Below are positions 8,628-18,448 of a stretch of DNA of 64,000 nucleotides, piece after piece; within the stretch, counting starts at the first letter, position 1; every line of letters begins with the position of its first letter. The position numbers and the translations under genes are program-made. This DNA comes from Candidatus Uhrbacteria bacterium (GTDB lineage Bacteria; Patescibacteriota; Patescibacteriia; UBA9934; GWF2-40-263): NCBI GenBank assembly GCA_023246355.1, contig JAHFIQ010000003.1:85018-149017 (forward strand). The letters are read 5' to 3'. The notes under the pieces were generated by a model. It was not told where the DNA came from. It searched no databases and saw only the letters and a list, made by a program, of their open reading frames with translations.

Positions 8628-10699
8628 ACGTTTTTATGTCGAGTAATTCCGTAAAGGGCAGGACGCTGCAGAGCACGAACTCCACGAATATTTTTCATGT
8701 AGGTTCTGGTGACCGTAATGGCAGTGAACAGACTCAGCAGCACTCCCACAGCGAGCGTTAAGGCAAATCCACGTACGAAGCTCGACGTAAAGCTGTAGAG
8801 CACACAGGCAGAAATGAGGGTGGTGAGATGCCCATCACGAATCGGCGGCCAGGCACGCTTAAAGCCTTCGTCCATGGATGAGATGAGATCGCGACCACTG
8901 CGAAATTCGTCTTTGATGCGCTCAAAGATGAGCACGTTTGCATCCACGGCAATTCCCAACGACAGAATCAATCCAGCAATTCCCGAAAGGGTAATCGTCA
9001 CCCCAAACAAACGGTAGGCCGCCATGTTGAGAACCACGTACAAAATGAGCGCAGCCACAGCCAGGAGTCCAGGAAGACGATACAGAGCGATCATGAACAA
9101 CGCGACCAATAAGAATCCAAGATAAGCTGCCGTCAAACTCTTGTGCAAGGAAGCCAGACCGAGCGTCGGGCCGATGGTTTCTTGTGAGATCAGGTTGACC
9201 GGCACAGGAAGGGCACCTGCATTCAATCGTTGAGCAAGAATTTTTGCTTCCTCAAGGGTGAAGTCCCCTGTGATCACCGCCTTGCCGCCGTAGATGGCCT
9301 GTTGAACCATTGGTGTGGAGATGGGTGTGCCATCCAAGAAAATCGCAATCGGCTGTCCGACATACTCTTCGGTCAATTTGCCAAACAGGTCACCACCCTC
9401 AGCAGAAAACGTCAGCGCCACATACGGCGAGCCGGTGTTTTGATCAAACTGGACCGCCGCACGATCAAGATCTTTTCCCGAGAGTTCTGAATTCACCCAG
9501 GGCGAGGCCTCAGGAATGATGTCGTACATGTCAGAAAGCTCCATGAGGATGCGCTGGATTGTGTAGGTCGAAACGCTGCGCTCTTCTTGTTTGTAGATGA
9601 GATGGTAGCCAAAATCCGTTTCAACGATCTCAGAAATGCCACCCACGGGAAGCGCTGTGGCTGCCAGGCCAAAGGCTGGAACGTACTTGTCCGCCGTGGC
9701 AAACCCCAGGTCACCACTGTTGGTCGCTGCCGAAGGATCCGTAGAATTCTCAAGCGCAAGCTGCGCAAAATTTTCAGGCGTTGCTTGGTCTTTCAATTTT
9801 CCAATTTGGATGGATGCATCCAGTTGCGAGAGTCCAGTTGTACATCCAGTCTTTCCTTCAAAACAGATCAAGATGTGTGAAAGGTGCATTTCTGTTTTAT
9901 CCTCGTGGCTCACGTATTTGAAAATACTTACGCCATCCTCGTTTTCAAGAAGATTGTTGTAGAGCTGCCCTGGATTCATTCCGCGTTCAATCAAAATCGC
10001 GTATTCAGCAAAATACGAGTCATTGGTGATGCCGTCGATCACTCCCTTGGTCGTGTCTTTATTTTTTTCAATGCTGTTTTCTGCCACCAACGTATCAAAG
10101 TCCTCTCCAGCAAGGGCACGATTCAACACCGCGCGAGCCGCCGTGCGCTCTGCCTCGTTTGCGGTATCAAGCTGCGCTTGCTCTTCAGGAGTGAGGTCAC
10201 GATCAGTTTCCTTGCCAGGGGTTTTGAATTCAAGCACCGGCGTCTCGCCAATAAGCGCGATCGCTTCAGTGACATCCAGGACCCCGGCCAAATCAATAAT
10301 GACTCGATACGTTCCACCGGTCGTCGTTGTTTGTACGATGGGTTCAGAAACACCAAACGCGTTCACGCGCCGTTCAATCACATCTCGCACACCTTCCAGC
10401 GCCTCATTGCGGTCTGCTTCAGGAATCTGGCTCATGTCAGCTTCGTAGATCAGATGCGTTCCTCCTTGCAAATCAAGGCCGAGTTTGAATGGAATGTCAT
10501 TGATGGACGGAGGAGCCCAACCTGTTTGCGCTTGCACAAAGAGCGCACCGCGATTCCACAAAAACGGAAAATCATAGATACCAACTGCCACGGTCGCAAC
10601 CAGCAAAATAATGGCCGTGAGCCGCATTCCCCAAGGACTTTGTGAGGTTTTCTGCTGAGCTTTCTTCTTGAGCTTCCAGGTTTGCATAGGATCAAACAA
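8624..10699 (-). CDS. secD: protein translocase subunit SecD
   Basis: GLDLQGGTHLIY periplasmic-domain signature and a C-terminal SecD/SecF membrane domain; 691 aa. Confidence 0.9.
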   Translation of the reverse strand: MFDPMQTWKLKKKAQQKTSQSPWGMRLTAIILLVATVAVGIYDFPFLWNRGALFVQAQTGWAPPSINDIPFKLGLDLQGGTHLIYEADMSQIPEADRNEALEGVRDVIERRVNAFGVSEPIVQTTTTGGTYRVIIDLAGVLDVTEAIALIGETPVLEFKTPGKETDRDLTPEEQAQLDTANEAERTAARAVLNRALAGEDFDTLVAENSIEKNKDTTKGVIDGITNDSYFAEYAILIERGMNPGQLYNNLLENEDGVSIFKYVSHEDKTEMHLSHILICFEGKTGCTTGLSQLDASIQIGKLKDQATPENFAQLALENSTDPSAATNSGDLGFATADKYVPAFGLAATALPVGGISEIVETDFGYHLIYKQEERSVSTYTIQRILMELSDMYDIIPEASPWVNSELSGKDLDRAAVQFDQNTGSPYVALTFSAEGGDLFGKLTEEYVGQPIAIFLDGTPISTPMVQQAIYGGKAVITGDFTLEEAKILAQRLNAGALPVPVNLISQETIGPTLGLASLHKSLTAAYLGFLLVALFMIALYRLPGLLAVAALILYVVLNMAAYRLFGVTITLSGIAGLILSLGIAVDANVLIFERIKDEFRSGRDLISSMDEGFKRAWPPIRDGHLTTLISACVLYSFTSSFVRGFALTLAVGVLLSLFTAITVTRTYMKNIRGVRALQRPALYGITRHKNV

Positions 10700-10759
10700 T
10701 CAATAAAATCGGGGTCAGTGTAGACGAGAGGTAAAAGGAAGGCAAGTGGATAGATTTGG

Positions 10760-11986
10760 TCAGGACGTTGGACGAACAAGCGTCTTCTCGCCACCAACAG
10801 CAGCTGGAAGAGGTTCCTGGCTGTACATTCTTTTATCTGGCCAGTTGTTTCGAGAACGAATGAGATGCAGGTACGCCTCAGACTGCTTGTCGATTTCTGC
10901 ATCTCCTCCAGGCATGAACGAAAGACGATCCTTGATTCCCAACACGCGTGCCATGCCGTTCAAGGCTCGGGCATAGTTCAAACCATTCAGAAGATTATTC
11001 ACCTCGGAGGACGCGATCTGCGCAGAGGTCGTGAGTCTGTGCGCGGCATCTCGTGCTCCTGTCCATTCGTTGTCTGCAAACGGATCGACAATCAAGTACG
11101 TCCACTTCCCTTCTCCATTTTTGTACACACGGATATTTCCACCACCAGCCATATCAAGCATCTTGTTTGATGTTTGCGTAAACTCCATCATGCGCTCCAC
11201 AAGATCACGCAGAACATCTGCAAGTTCATCATCCACATAGGACTCCCCGAGCAGTCGTACGGTTCCCACATGCAAAAAGCTATACAGCAGGTTTGCATCA
11301 AACGGTTCCTTCTCACCAAACGCCATTCGATTTAATCGTTGATACTCGTCCAGAGGGACATCGAAACGCTCTGTATATCGAAACCCAAACGAGTGCATGT
11401 CAGGATTTTCTCCAGCTTCTTTTTTGAGCATCCTGGCGCGTTCAGGAAGAATTTCCTGATACCGAACAATCGTCGGGACTGAAACCGTTGACGCAGGAGC
11501 AAGATCCGTGAGATCACTGCGCTCGAGGATTTCACGGGCAACCTCGGGTGTCACAGGAACGTTACGAGTCACGGTGCGTGTCGAGAGAATATGATCAGCT
11601 GGAAACGCACGTCGCAGGGCTTTCACAAACTGTTCCTCACGTTCAATGGCCTGTTCCATTCGATCCGTATCATCTTCTTGTTCGGCCATGGCCCTGGCGC
11701 CTTCTCGGATCCGTGCTTCGTTGGTCGTGGCAAAGGGATGTGTTTCCCATCGCGTAAAGGCGTCGCGCATCAAACCTCGTTTCAAAAAATACATGTCAGC
11801 TTTCAACACCACCTTTCTGTGAGCTCCTTCTCGTCCTTCTTTTTGCTTCACCCGAAACACAACAGACTCCCCTCCGTGGCCGGCATATTCAAGCTCGCCA
11901 GGAAGAAGCGGATCAGCTTTGCGTTCCTGGACGTATCTCTCTGCGAGTCCTGGAACAGGATCAGATGGTGGGCGCTCATGGGGCAT
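10760..11986 (-). CDS. hypothetical protein (408 aa)
   Basis: Long ORF in the minus-strand gene run. Contains GHGGESVVFRV and LDMAGGGNIRVY...IVDPFADN segments but no confident family assignment. Confidence 0.45.
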   Translation of the reverse strand: MPHERPPSDPVPGLAERYVQERKADPLLPGELEYAGHGGESVVFRVKQKEGREGAHRKVVLKADMYFLKRGLMRDAFTRWETHPFATTNEARIREGARAMAEQEDDTDRMEQAIEREEQFVKALRRAFPADHILSTRTVTRNVPVTPEVAREILERSDLTDLAPASTVSVPTIVRYQEILPERARMLKKEAGENPDMHSFGFRYTERFDVPLDEYQRLNRMAFGEKEPFDANLLYSFLHVGTVRLLGESYVDDELADVLRDLVERMMEFTQTSNKMLDMAGGGNIRVYKNGEGKWTYLIVDPFADNEWTGARDAAHRLTTSAQIASSEVNNLLNGLNYARALNGMARVLGIKDRLSFMPGGDAEIDKQSEAYLHLIRSRNNWPDKRMYSQEPLPAAVGGEKTLVRPTS

Positions 11987-11994
11987 AGATTGAT

Positions 11995-12732
11995 TTATCG
12001 TTGAGGCTGTTGATTCAGCCAGCGAGCTGCAAACTGATCGGCAAATAATTCTTTAGGAAGGGATCGGTAGGCACGTTCTTGTATTTCTAGAAGCTGCTCA
12101 ATCGTCGTCACATCAAGCTGCAAAAGACGTTCTCTGGTTTTTGGCCGGTCATCTAAAAATGCATCAAGCGTTGGAAACGAAACAAGACTTGCCTTCAGCT
12201 CGCTGGGAGATAGACCGGGAACAGGCAACGTCTCCATCTGGCGAAAAAAGAAATCGCGCCAAACCATCGGCGCATTCTCCTGTCCGATCTCAGCGTCAGA
12301 GGCAACGTTGGAAAGATAATCGTACGCATGGCCAAGTTCATGGAGAAATATAGCGTTTTTTAATAGTCTTGGACTGAGATCCTCAAACGAAATTCCAAGA
12401 CTCTCAGCTGTGATCTGAGCTGCAACGCGTCTGTCTTGTTTAAGCTTTTCAAAATCCTTTTCATTTCCAGGTACAAGAATGATGGCTGGGTCTGGATACT
12501 CTTCATTGGGTAAAACAAACTCCCCTCCCGTAAACTGAAGGCGATGAACATCACTGGGCGTGATAATTTCCACGCGAGAGAGAATTGGATAACGTTCAAC
12601 AACCTGTATCCATAACTCAAATAGCTCAGGATCCGTTCCTTCCGGGGCTTCAACCGTTCTGGGATGTTCTGCTGAGAATCCAGAAAAATGACTCTCAGCA
12701 GAAGCATTGGTAGATGGGTATTCATGATTCAT
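11995..12732 (-). CDS. hypothetical HExxH-motif protein (putative metallopeptidase-like)
   Basis: 245 aa; contains IFLHELGHAYDY (HExxH). Confidence 0.45.
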   Translation of the reverse strand: MNHEYPSTNASAESHFSGFSAEHPRTVEAPEGTDPELFELWIQVVERYPILSRVEIITPSDVHRLQFTGGEFVLPNEEYPDPAIILVPGNEKDFEKLKQDRRVAAQITAESLGISFEDLSPRLLKNAIFLHELGHAYDYLSNVASDAEIGQENAPMVWRDFFFRQMETLPVPGLSPSELKASLVSFPTLDAFLDDRPKTRERLLQLDVTTIEQLLEIQERAYRSLPKELFADQFAARWLNQQPQR

Positions 12733-13589
12733 AGGACTGATAACTTACCTTTTGCGAAATACGTATCGACTACCTCCATCCATTTTTCAATGCGCTCTTC
12801 CCATCGATCGATTCCAATTTTGAGCACATCGAGCAACTCCTCATAAAAGACATCGTCCTTTGTGCCAGACAATTTTTCCATAGCCAACCGAAAAGGATCC
12901 TCACTTCCGGTTGCATACGCTTCGTTCACTGCACGAACAAGCGTCGGACGATCGGGTGCATGGTCAACCAGATACTGGATGTAATGCCGTTCAAGGTAAC
13001 CACTGGTTGAAACCTCCTCTTTTTCTTTTTCTGTCAGTATATCTTTCAGTGCTTCATCCGCCAGCCAGTCTGTCACGGCCTCCCAAAACAATGCGCGCTG
13101 GGCTGGTTTGTGCCTGAAATCAACCGACAGCGGATCCACTTCTCCTGTTTTCACAAACCGGCTATGTCGAAGTGGGCCAAGATACACAGAATAGACCTGC
13201 TCGTCTTCGTCACGCATATAATCGACAGCAACGTAGCTCTCGGGAGCCATCAGATGCGAGCCCTCATGAAGGAGTGTATGAAGTGTCTCCGCTCGTGAAG
13301 CACTGTGGAGTACAACGGCAGAACGGCGAACCTCATGCCCGTCTACCTGGTACCGGATCAATCCATCAGCGCCATCTTCTTTTGGATTTTCTTCACCCAT
13401 ACGATCTAGCTCCTGCCGTGTCACAAAAACCGTTTTCCTCAAAACACTCAGTCGACTCTCTAAAACTTCTGACGGAAGGACATCAGCAAACAACCCACGC
13501 AGCGTCCGCTCGGCCGTCTTTTTAAACTCGACTCGCTCGGCTTCGATCCGAGCAATTTCACGTTCAGCTGGGTTATCGTGTGAGGACAT
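12729..13589 (-). CDS. hypothetical HExxH-motif protein (putative metallopeptidase-like)
   Basis: 286 aa; contains LLHEGSHLMAPESY (HExxH); 4-bp overlap with the downstream gene. Confidence 0.45.
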   Translation of the reverse strand: MSSHDNPAEREIARIEAERVEFKKTAERTLRGLFADVLPSEVLESRLSVLRKTVFVTRQELDRMGEENPKEDGADGLIRYQVDGHEVRRSAVVLHSASRAETLHTLLHEGSHLMAPESYVAVDYMRDEDEQVYSVYLGPLRHSRFVKTGEVDPLSVDFRHKPAQRALFWEAVTDWLADEALKDILTEKEKEEVSTSGYLERHYIQYLVDHAPDRPTLVRAVNEAYATGSEDPFRLAMEKLSGTKDDVFYEELLDVLKIGIDRWEERIEKWMEVVDTYFAKGKLSVL

Positions 13590-13773
13590 AATCGAAATGA
13601 AGGGATAGCGCTTCGTTGAGATTATTTAATGCCTCCTTCCTTGTCTTTCCAAAACTCGACACATCAACATTCAAACATTGGGCAACGTAATACTTCCCTT
13701 CTTTCCAAACTTTCGTATTGTGGTCAGTACGATTCATACAGCCAAACAAGCTCAAGAAATCAAACGGATCCAA
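13573..13773 (-). CDS. HicB-like (UPF0150 family) small protein, orphan
   Basis: 66 aa; KYYVAQCLNVDVSSFGKTRKEALNNLNEALSLHF matches the HicB N-domain pattern (YxAxxPxLPGCxSQGxTxEEALxNxxEAIxLxLE). No HicA partner seen. Confidence 0.45.
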   Translation of the reverse strand: MDPFDFLSLFGCMNRTDHNTKVWKEGKYYVAQCLNVDVSSFGKTRKEALNNLNEALSLHFDYVLTR

Positions 13774-14329
13774 CCTCTTCTATCATCTTTTGAGTCTTTT
13801 CTTTCGGTAGCCCCATCAAACTCTCCATCTCGCCGTCAAAGTGAACGTACGGGAGAAATGATGGATGTTCGGCTGCCAGGCCGCCGGCATACTTCATGGC
13901 TTCTCCAGATTCAATAAAAGTTTTCACGTACTCGTCTGGGACGGGATCCATGGTCACCGTCACTTCGTCGATGGCACTGACGCGTTTACCTGTTGCGGTG
14001 TTGCAAACGACCGTGCACGAAGTTGCGGTCTGTGGTTTTGTAGAGAATGTTGAAAGAAATTCATAGGCTTCTTCTTTTGATCGAGGCTTCTCACGTACCT
14101 TGCCATCCACAACCATCACTTGATCAGACGTGATGACGATGGCATCTTCCTGAACCAATGCTAACACCGCGTCCATTTTCGCTTGGGCAATCGCCTCAAC
14201 CAACTCACGCGGATCTTCTTTTCGAATCGCCTTTTCGTCGATGTCCGGTGAGATCACCGTGAACACAAACCCCATGCTCGTAAGCACCGCCTTTCTGCTT
14301 GGTGAACTTGAACCCAAAATAATCTTCAT
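13760..14329 (-). CDS. maf: Maf-like nucleoside triphosphate pyrophosphatase
   Basis: N-terminal ILGSSSPSRKAVL Maf signature; 189 aa. Confidence 0.9.
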   Translation of the reverse strand: MKIILGSSSPSRKAVLTSMGFVFTVISPDIDEKAIRKEDPRELVEAIAQAKMDAVLALVQEDAIVITSDQVMVVDGKVREKPRSKEEAYEFLSTFSTKPQTATSCTVVCNTATGKRVSAIDEVTVTMDPVPDEYVKTFIESGEAMKYAGGLAAEHPSFLPYVHFDGEMESLMGLPKEKTQKMIEEVGSV

Positions 14330-14331
14330 AA

Positions 14332-14772
14332 CTATCGTACCCGCTGTCTCTCGTACTCAAACAATTTTTGATAGATCAACTCAATCCGATCTGGAACGAG
14401 TTTGTACCAGACATGTTCATCCAAAACGATTCCCAGACCTGAGTCGAAAGCTCTTTGCATCTTTTTCATCCATTGTTTCAAGAGATCGTCTGACGGATTC
14501 TGCACACGTTGAGCCACGCCTGAAATCTGTAAACCCTCATCTGGCATCTCAGGTCCCTGTGTCACGGCAATGGCGCCAGCAACGTGGTTGTGTCCATCAT
14601 CAATCGCCTTGGAATGCCGACGTTCGGGTTTGCTCATCCAGTAGAAATTCAAATCCTCGTCAAAAATATAAATCACATCCGCTGCCCACACGCCGTTGTC
14701 ATCTTGAACAGCGAGAGTCACCAGGTAGCCTCTTTGCAAAACCTCACGAGTAAGTTGGTTTAGGTCATGCAT
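14332..14772 (-). CDS. pyridoxamine 5'-phosphate oxidase-like FMN-binding protein
   Basis: 146 aa; split-barrel-like N-terminus (VTLAVQDDNGVWAADVIYIFDEDLNFYWMS). Moderate confidence. Confidence 0.5.
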   Translation of the reverse strand: MHDLNQLTREVLQRGYLVTLAVQDDNGVWAADVIYIFDEDLNFYWMSKPERRHSKAIDDGHNHVAGAIAVTQGPEMPDEGLQISGVAQRVQNPSDDLLKQWMKKMQRAFDSGLGIVLDEHVWYKLVPDRIELIYQKLFEYERQRVR

Positions 14773-14801
14773 AAAAATCAGCGAGTTAAAAGCGCCACGG
14801 G

Positions 14802-15239
14802 TTACGTAGCGCCAGAGTCCACGACTTCCTCTTTCTCATCTTCGATTTGCAGGAACAGGGTCATGGTGCCGATCGACTGGACACTCAGATCCAGTGACAG
14901 GAACGCTGAGGAGAACTGTCCATCGACTTTGAAGGAGAATCCTTCGATCAAGACGACACAGGCAAGGCTCGTGCCGTCGACCGTGACCCCTTCGATCGTG
15001 TTGTCTTCGTGCTCGATCACGAACCCGTGGATGTTCATCTTGCCATCGAAGTCAAGATCCGCCCACAGCTCGCGATCGTGCTCGTAGAACTCAATCTTGA
15101 ACGTCGAATCCTTGTCCAAGACCTGAACCCCATCGACCGGACTACCGTCCCCAGGAAATCCCAGGTAGGTTCCCTCAATGATGTCGATGGTCTCCCCGCC
15201 GCCTGTGCCAGCACAGGCAAGAAACAGAAGTCCGAACAT
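14802..15239 (-). CDS. hypothetical lipoprotein
   Basis: Signal peptide with lipobox MFGLLFLACAG; acidic mature region. Confidence 0.5.
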   Translation of the reverse strand: MFGLLFLACAGTGGGETIDIIEGTYLGFPGDGSPVDGVQVLDKDSTFKIEFYEHDRELWADLDFDGKMNIHGFVIEHEDNTIEGVTVDGTSLACVVLIEGFSFKVDGQFSSAFLSLDLSVQSIGTMTLFLQIEDEKEEVVDSGAT

Positions 15240-15310
15240 GAAGCACCCCCAAGTGATGCCTCCTCCGTACTCATCATACTCTGATTTTCTTCAAACAAAC
15301 AGAGAAACCA

Positions 15311-15331
15311 AAAACCACCGAGGGTGGTTTT
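15311..15331 (-). terminator. intrinsic terminator after secA
   Basis: AAAACCACCgagGGTGGTTTT directly downstream of the secA stop (symmetric A/T flanks). Confidence 0.55.
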
Positions 15332-15334
15332 GTT

Positions 15335-18019
15335 TCATGCTCCATGGCACTTCTTAAACTTTTTTCCTGATCCGCAATGGCAGGGTTCGTTGCGGCCGAG
15401 TTTTTCTTCTCGCATGCCTTCGACCCCCCTCATTCCCCCCTTGCCAAGGGGGGAAGCTTTCTGATTCCCCTCTACGGCTCCTTGCAGCACCACTCCTGCC
15501 TTCTGGAAGACAGATCGGCCGAGTTCCATTTGGACTTTCATGTCCACCGCGTGCTTGGCGTACTTAAAAAACGTATACGTAATTTCATGGTTGATTGATC
15601 CAAGAAGATTTTGGAACATACCAAAGCCTTCTCGTTTGTACTCAACCAGCGGATCGCGCTGACCGTAGCCTTGCAAGCCGATGCCGGTTCTCAGCGCACT
15701 CATCGCAGCAAGATGATCAATCCAGAGTGTATCGATCGATCGCAGAATCACCCCGCGCTCGATGTTGTAGATGCTCTTTTTGTCTTCGAAGACGTCGGCG
15801 AGCTGATCGTAGGTCTGGCGAACGACTTCCATGATTTTGATGATGACTTGCGTCCGATCTTGCGCCAGCCGCTCTCGCTCTTTTGTGGATGCTAGGTCAA
15901 GCGTTGTGAGTGAAGACTTCTGTGCATCCGTGAGCGGCACAATCGTCCCTACGGTCTCAACAATTTCTTTCATGTTCCATCCACCTTCTCCACCTTGTCC
16001 ACCCTCAGAACTATGAAACAACACGACCTGCTCCACCTCACCTTCGATCACATCCAGCACACGAGATCGAAGAGCTTCTGGTTCTTTTGCAAACAATTCA
16101 AGGATTTCCAAGCGTCTGGCATAGATGACTTCACGATGCTTGTTGAGCACGTCGTCATACTCGAGCAAATGTTTGCGTGAATCAAAATGATACCCTTCCA
16201 CGCGTGTCTGTGCCTTTTCAATTGAGCCGGTGATGAGTTTGTTTTCAATGGGCATGTCATCCGGAATTCCGAGGCGGTCCATCATGCCTCGCGCACGGTC
16301 TGAACCGAAGATCCGCATGAGTCCATCTTCCATAGACAAATAAAACTGGGTGGAACCTGGATCGCCTTGGCGACCTGAACGTCCGCGCAATTGATTATCG
16401 ATGCGCCGAGCGTCGTGGCGCTCCGTGCCGATCACATGCAATCCTCCAAGTTCTTTGACACGCGCTTCTTCCTCAGGCGTTGCTGGATTTCCGCCAAGCT
16501 TTATGTCGACTCCGCGTCCTGCCATGTTAGTGGCAATCGTCACCGCGTGAGTACGTCCTGCCTGGGCGATAATTTCCGCCTCGCGATCGTGATTTTTCGC
16601 ATTCAATACTTCATGCCTGACCCCCGCGTTTGTCAAAAGCAGGGACAGCACCTCATTTTTTTCCACGCTCACGGTACCCACCAAGACGGGTTGACCTTTT
16701 TCTTGAAGCGTCTGAATTTCTTTGACGACCGCCTCAAACTTTCCCTTTTCACTCTTAAAAATTTTGTCTCCTAAGTCAACCCGCTCCACAGGTTTGTTCG
16801 TTGGGATCTCTACGACTTCCAAATTGTAGATCTTGGAAAATTCTTCGGCTTCGGTTGCCGCGGTTCCGGTCATGCCTGACAACTTGTGATACAAACGAAA
16901 AAGATTCTGGAACGTAATGGTCGCAAGTGTTTGGCTCTCACGCTGGATCTGCACGCCTTCTTTTGCCTCGATGGCTTGATGAATCCCTTCGGAGAATCGG
17001 CGGCCCTGCATCAGACGTCCAGTAAATTCATCCACAATAATCACCTCACCTTCCTTGACCACATAATGGACGTCCTTTTGATAGTTGGCACGAGCTCGGA
17101 GCGCAGAATCAGCGTAGCGTTGATATTGTCCTTGATCGATCGCATAGAGATTTTCGATTCCAAGCGCTCGTTCAATATGTTCAATGCCTGTTTCTGTCAG
17201 CGTGGCCGCACGCATTTTTTCGTCCACATTATAATCTTCGTTCTCTTTCAACGAAGCCACGATCTGCGCAAACCGATAGTAGAGGTCATTGGATTTCTCC
17301 GCAGGTGCGGAGATGATAAGTGGTGTGCGAGCTTCGTCGATCAGGATGGAATCGATTTCGTCAACGATCGCGTAATGCAATTCGCGCATGACGCATGCCT
17401 CAATGCTCGGCGCCATGTTGTCGCGCAAATAATCAAATCCAAATTGATTGTTGGTGCCGTAGGTGATGTCCGCTTGGTAGGCTTCGCGGCGAGAGACCGA
17501 TCTGAGTCCATGCGAAGCCGCGGGATCAAACAGGAGTCCTCCTTCATGCTGAATCACACCAACACTCATGCCAAGCGCATGAAAAATTTGCCCCATCCAT
17601 GCGGCATCGCGACGGGCCAGATAATCGTTGACCGTCACCAGATGACAACCCTGACCACGAAGAGCATTCGCGTAGAGCGCAAGCGTTGAGGTGAGTGTTT
17701 TTCCCTCACCAGTACGCATCTCAGCTATCTGTCCACGATGGAGCGTGAGCCCACCAATGAGCTGAACATCAAAATGGCGCTGCCCAAGTGTTCGTTTTGC
17801 GACCTCTCGTACCACCGCAAAGGCCTCGTACACAAGATCATCAAGAGCCACGCCTTGTGCGAGGCGCGATTTAAACTCGGAGGTTTTTCCTTTCAGTTCA
17901 TCGTCCGTGAGCGATGCAATCGAAGGCTCGAGCGCGTTAATGCTCTCGATTTCACGAAACAGACTTCCGATGAGTTTCTTGTTTGGATCCCCAAAAAGAA
18001 GTTTCAAGACTCTGGACAT
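15335..18019 (-). CDS. secA: preprotein translocase ATPase SecA
   Basis: 894 aa; MRTGEGKTLTSTLALYANAL Walker A region and DEAD motor. C-terminal zinc finger CHCGSGKKFKKCHG. Linker contains an in-frame palindromic-element insertion at 15414-15445. Confidence 0.97.
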   Translation of the reverse strand: MSRVLKLLFGDPNKKLIGSLFREIESINALEPSIASLTDDELKGKTSEFKSRLAQGVALDDLVYEAFAVVREVAKRTLGQRHFDVQLIGGLTLHRGQIAEMRTGEGKTLTSTLALYANALRGQGCHLVTVNDYLARRDAAWMGQIFHALGMSVGVIQHEGGLLFDPAASHGLRSVSRREAYQADITYGTNNQFGFDYLRDNMAPSIEACVMRELHYAIVDEIDSILIDEARTPLIISAPAEKSNDLYYRFAQIVASLKENEDYNVDEKMRAATLTETGIEHIERALGIENLYAIDQGQYQRYADSALRARANYQKDVHYVVKEGEVIIVDEFTGRLMQGRRFSEGIHQAIEAKEGVQIQRESQTLATITFQNLFRLYHKLSGMTGTAATEAEEFSKIYNLEVVEIPTNKPVERVDLGDKIFKSEKGKFEAVVKEIQTLQEKGQPVLVGTVSVEKNEVLSLLLTNAGVRHEVLNAKNHDREAEIIAQAGRTHAVTIATNMAGRGVDIKLGGNPATPEEEARVKELGGLHVIGTERHDARRIDNQLRGRSGRQGDPGSTQFYLSMEDGLMRIFGSDRARGMMDRLGIPDDMPIENKLITGSIEKAQTRVEGYHFDSRKHLLEYDDVLNKHREVIYARRLEILELFAKEPEALRSRVLDVIEGEVEQVVLFHSSEGGQGGEGGWNMKEIVETVGTIVPLTDAQKSSLTTLDLASTKERERLAQDRTQVIIKIMEVVRQTYDQLADVFEDKKSIYNIERGVILRSIDTLWIDHLAAMSALRTGIGLQGYGQRDPLVEYKREGFGMFQNLLGSINHEITYTFFKYAKHAVDMKVQMELGRSVFQKAGVVLQGAVEGNQKASPLGKGGMRGVEGMREEKLGRNEPCHCGSGKKFKKCHGA

Positions 18020-18088
18020 ACGGCCAAGATTATGTCTCTTTTCCCTAAAAAAATCAAACGACGAGACCTCTGCCTCGCCGTTGCCTTA

Positions 18089-18448
18089 CTATTGCTTTCC
18101 TGGTCGTGTACCTTTTTGAGACCGATCCTGCAGCTTATCTTTGTATTCCTTAAGCTGCCGGCGTGTCTGATCGCAGGCCTGAGAGATCGCGTGATAGAGA
18201 TCTTCTTCTAGCGCCACGGATCGAATTTCTGTTCCACGCACATGTAATTGAAACTCCGCGGTGAAAAAAGGACCTTTGGAATGATGTTTGGTCGACTTGC
18301 CTACCTCGACTCTGAGCTCGGCCGCAGGTTCAAAACCAGCTGTGAACTTTTCGAGCATGGTGGCCTTGGATTCAACACGTGACTTAATGGCGTCTGTGAG
18401 CGGAAGGTTGGTGCCCTTGATGGAGACGATGTGCATAGAGAGAATCAA
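18089..18448 (-). CDS. hpf: ribosome hibernation-promoting factor (HPF/RaiA family)
   Basis: 119 aa; ribosome-associated inhibitor fold signature (LPLTDAIKSRVESK...FTAEFQLHVRG). Confidence 0.85.
   Translation of the reverse strand: MILSMHIVSIKGTNLPLTDAIKSRVESKATMLEKFTAGFEPAAELRVEVGKSTKHHSKGPFFTAEFQLHVRGTEIRSVALEEDLYHAISQACDQTRRQLKEYKDKLQDRSQKGTRPGKQ

Noticed and set aside
9884-10645. Plus-strand ORF 9884..10645 (253 aa) inside secD
   Set aside because: Antisense to a confidently identified secD. No motifs. Shadow ORF.
16886-17689. Plus-strand ORF 16886..17689 (267 aa) inside secA
   Set aside because: Antisense to secA. Shadow ORF.
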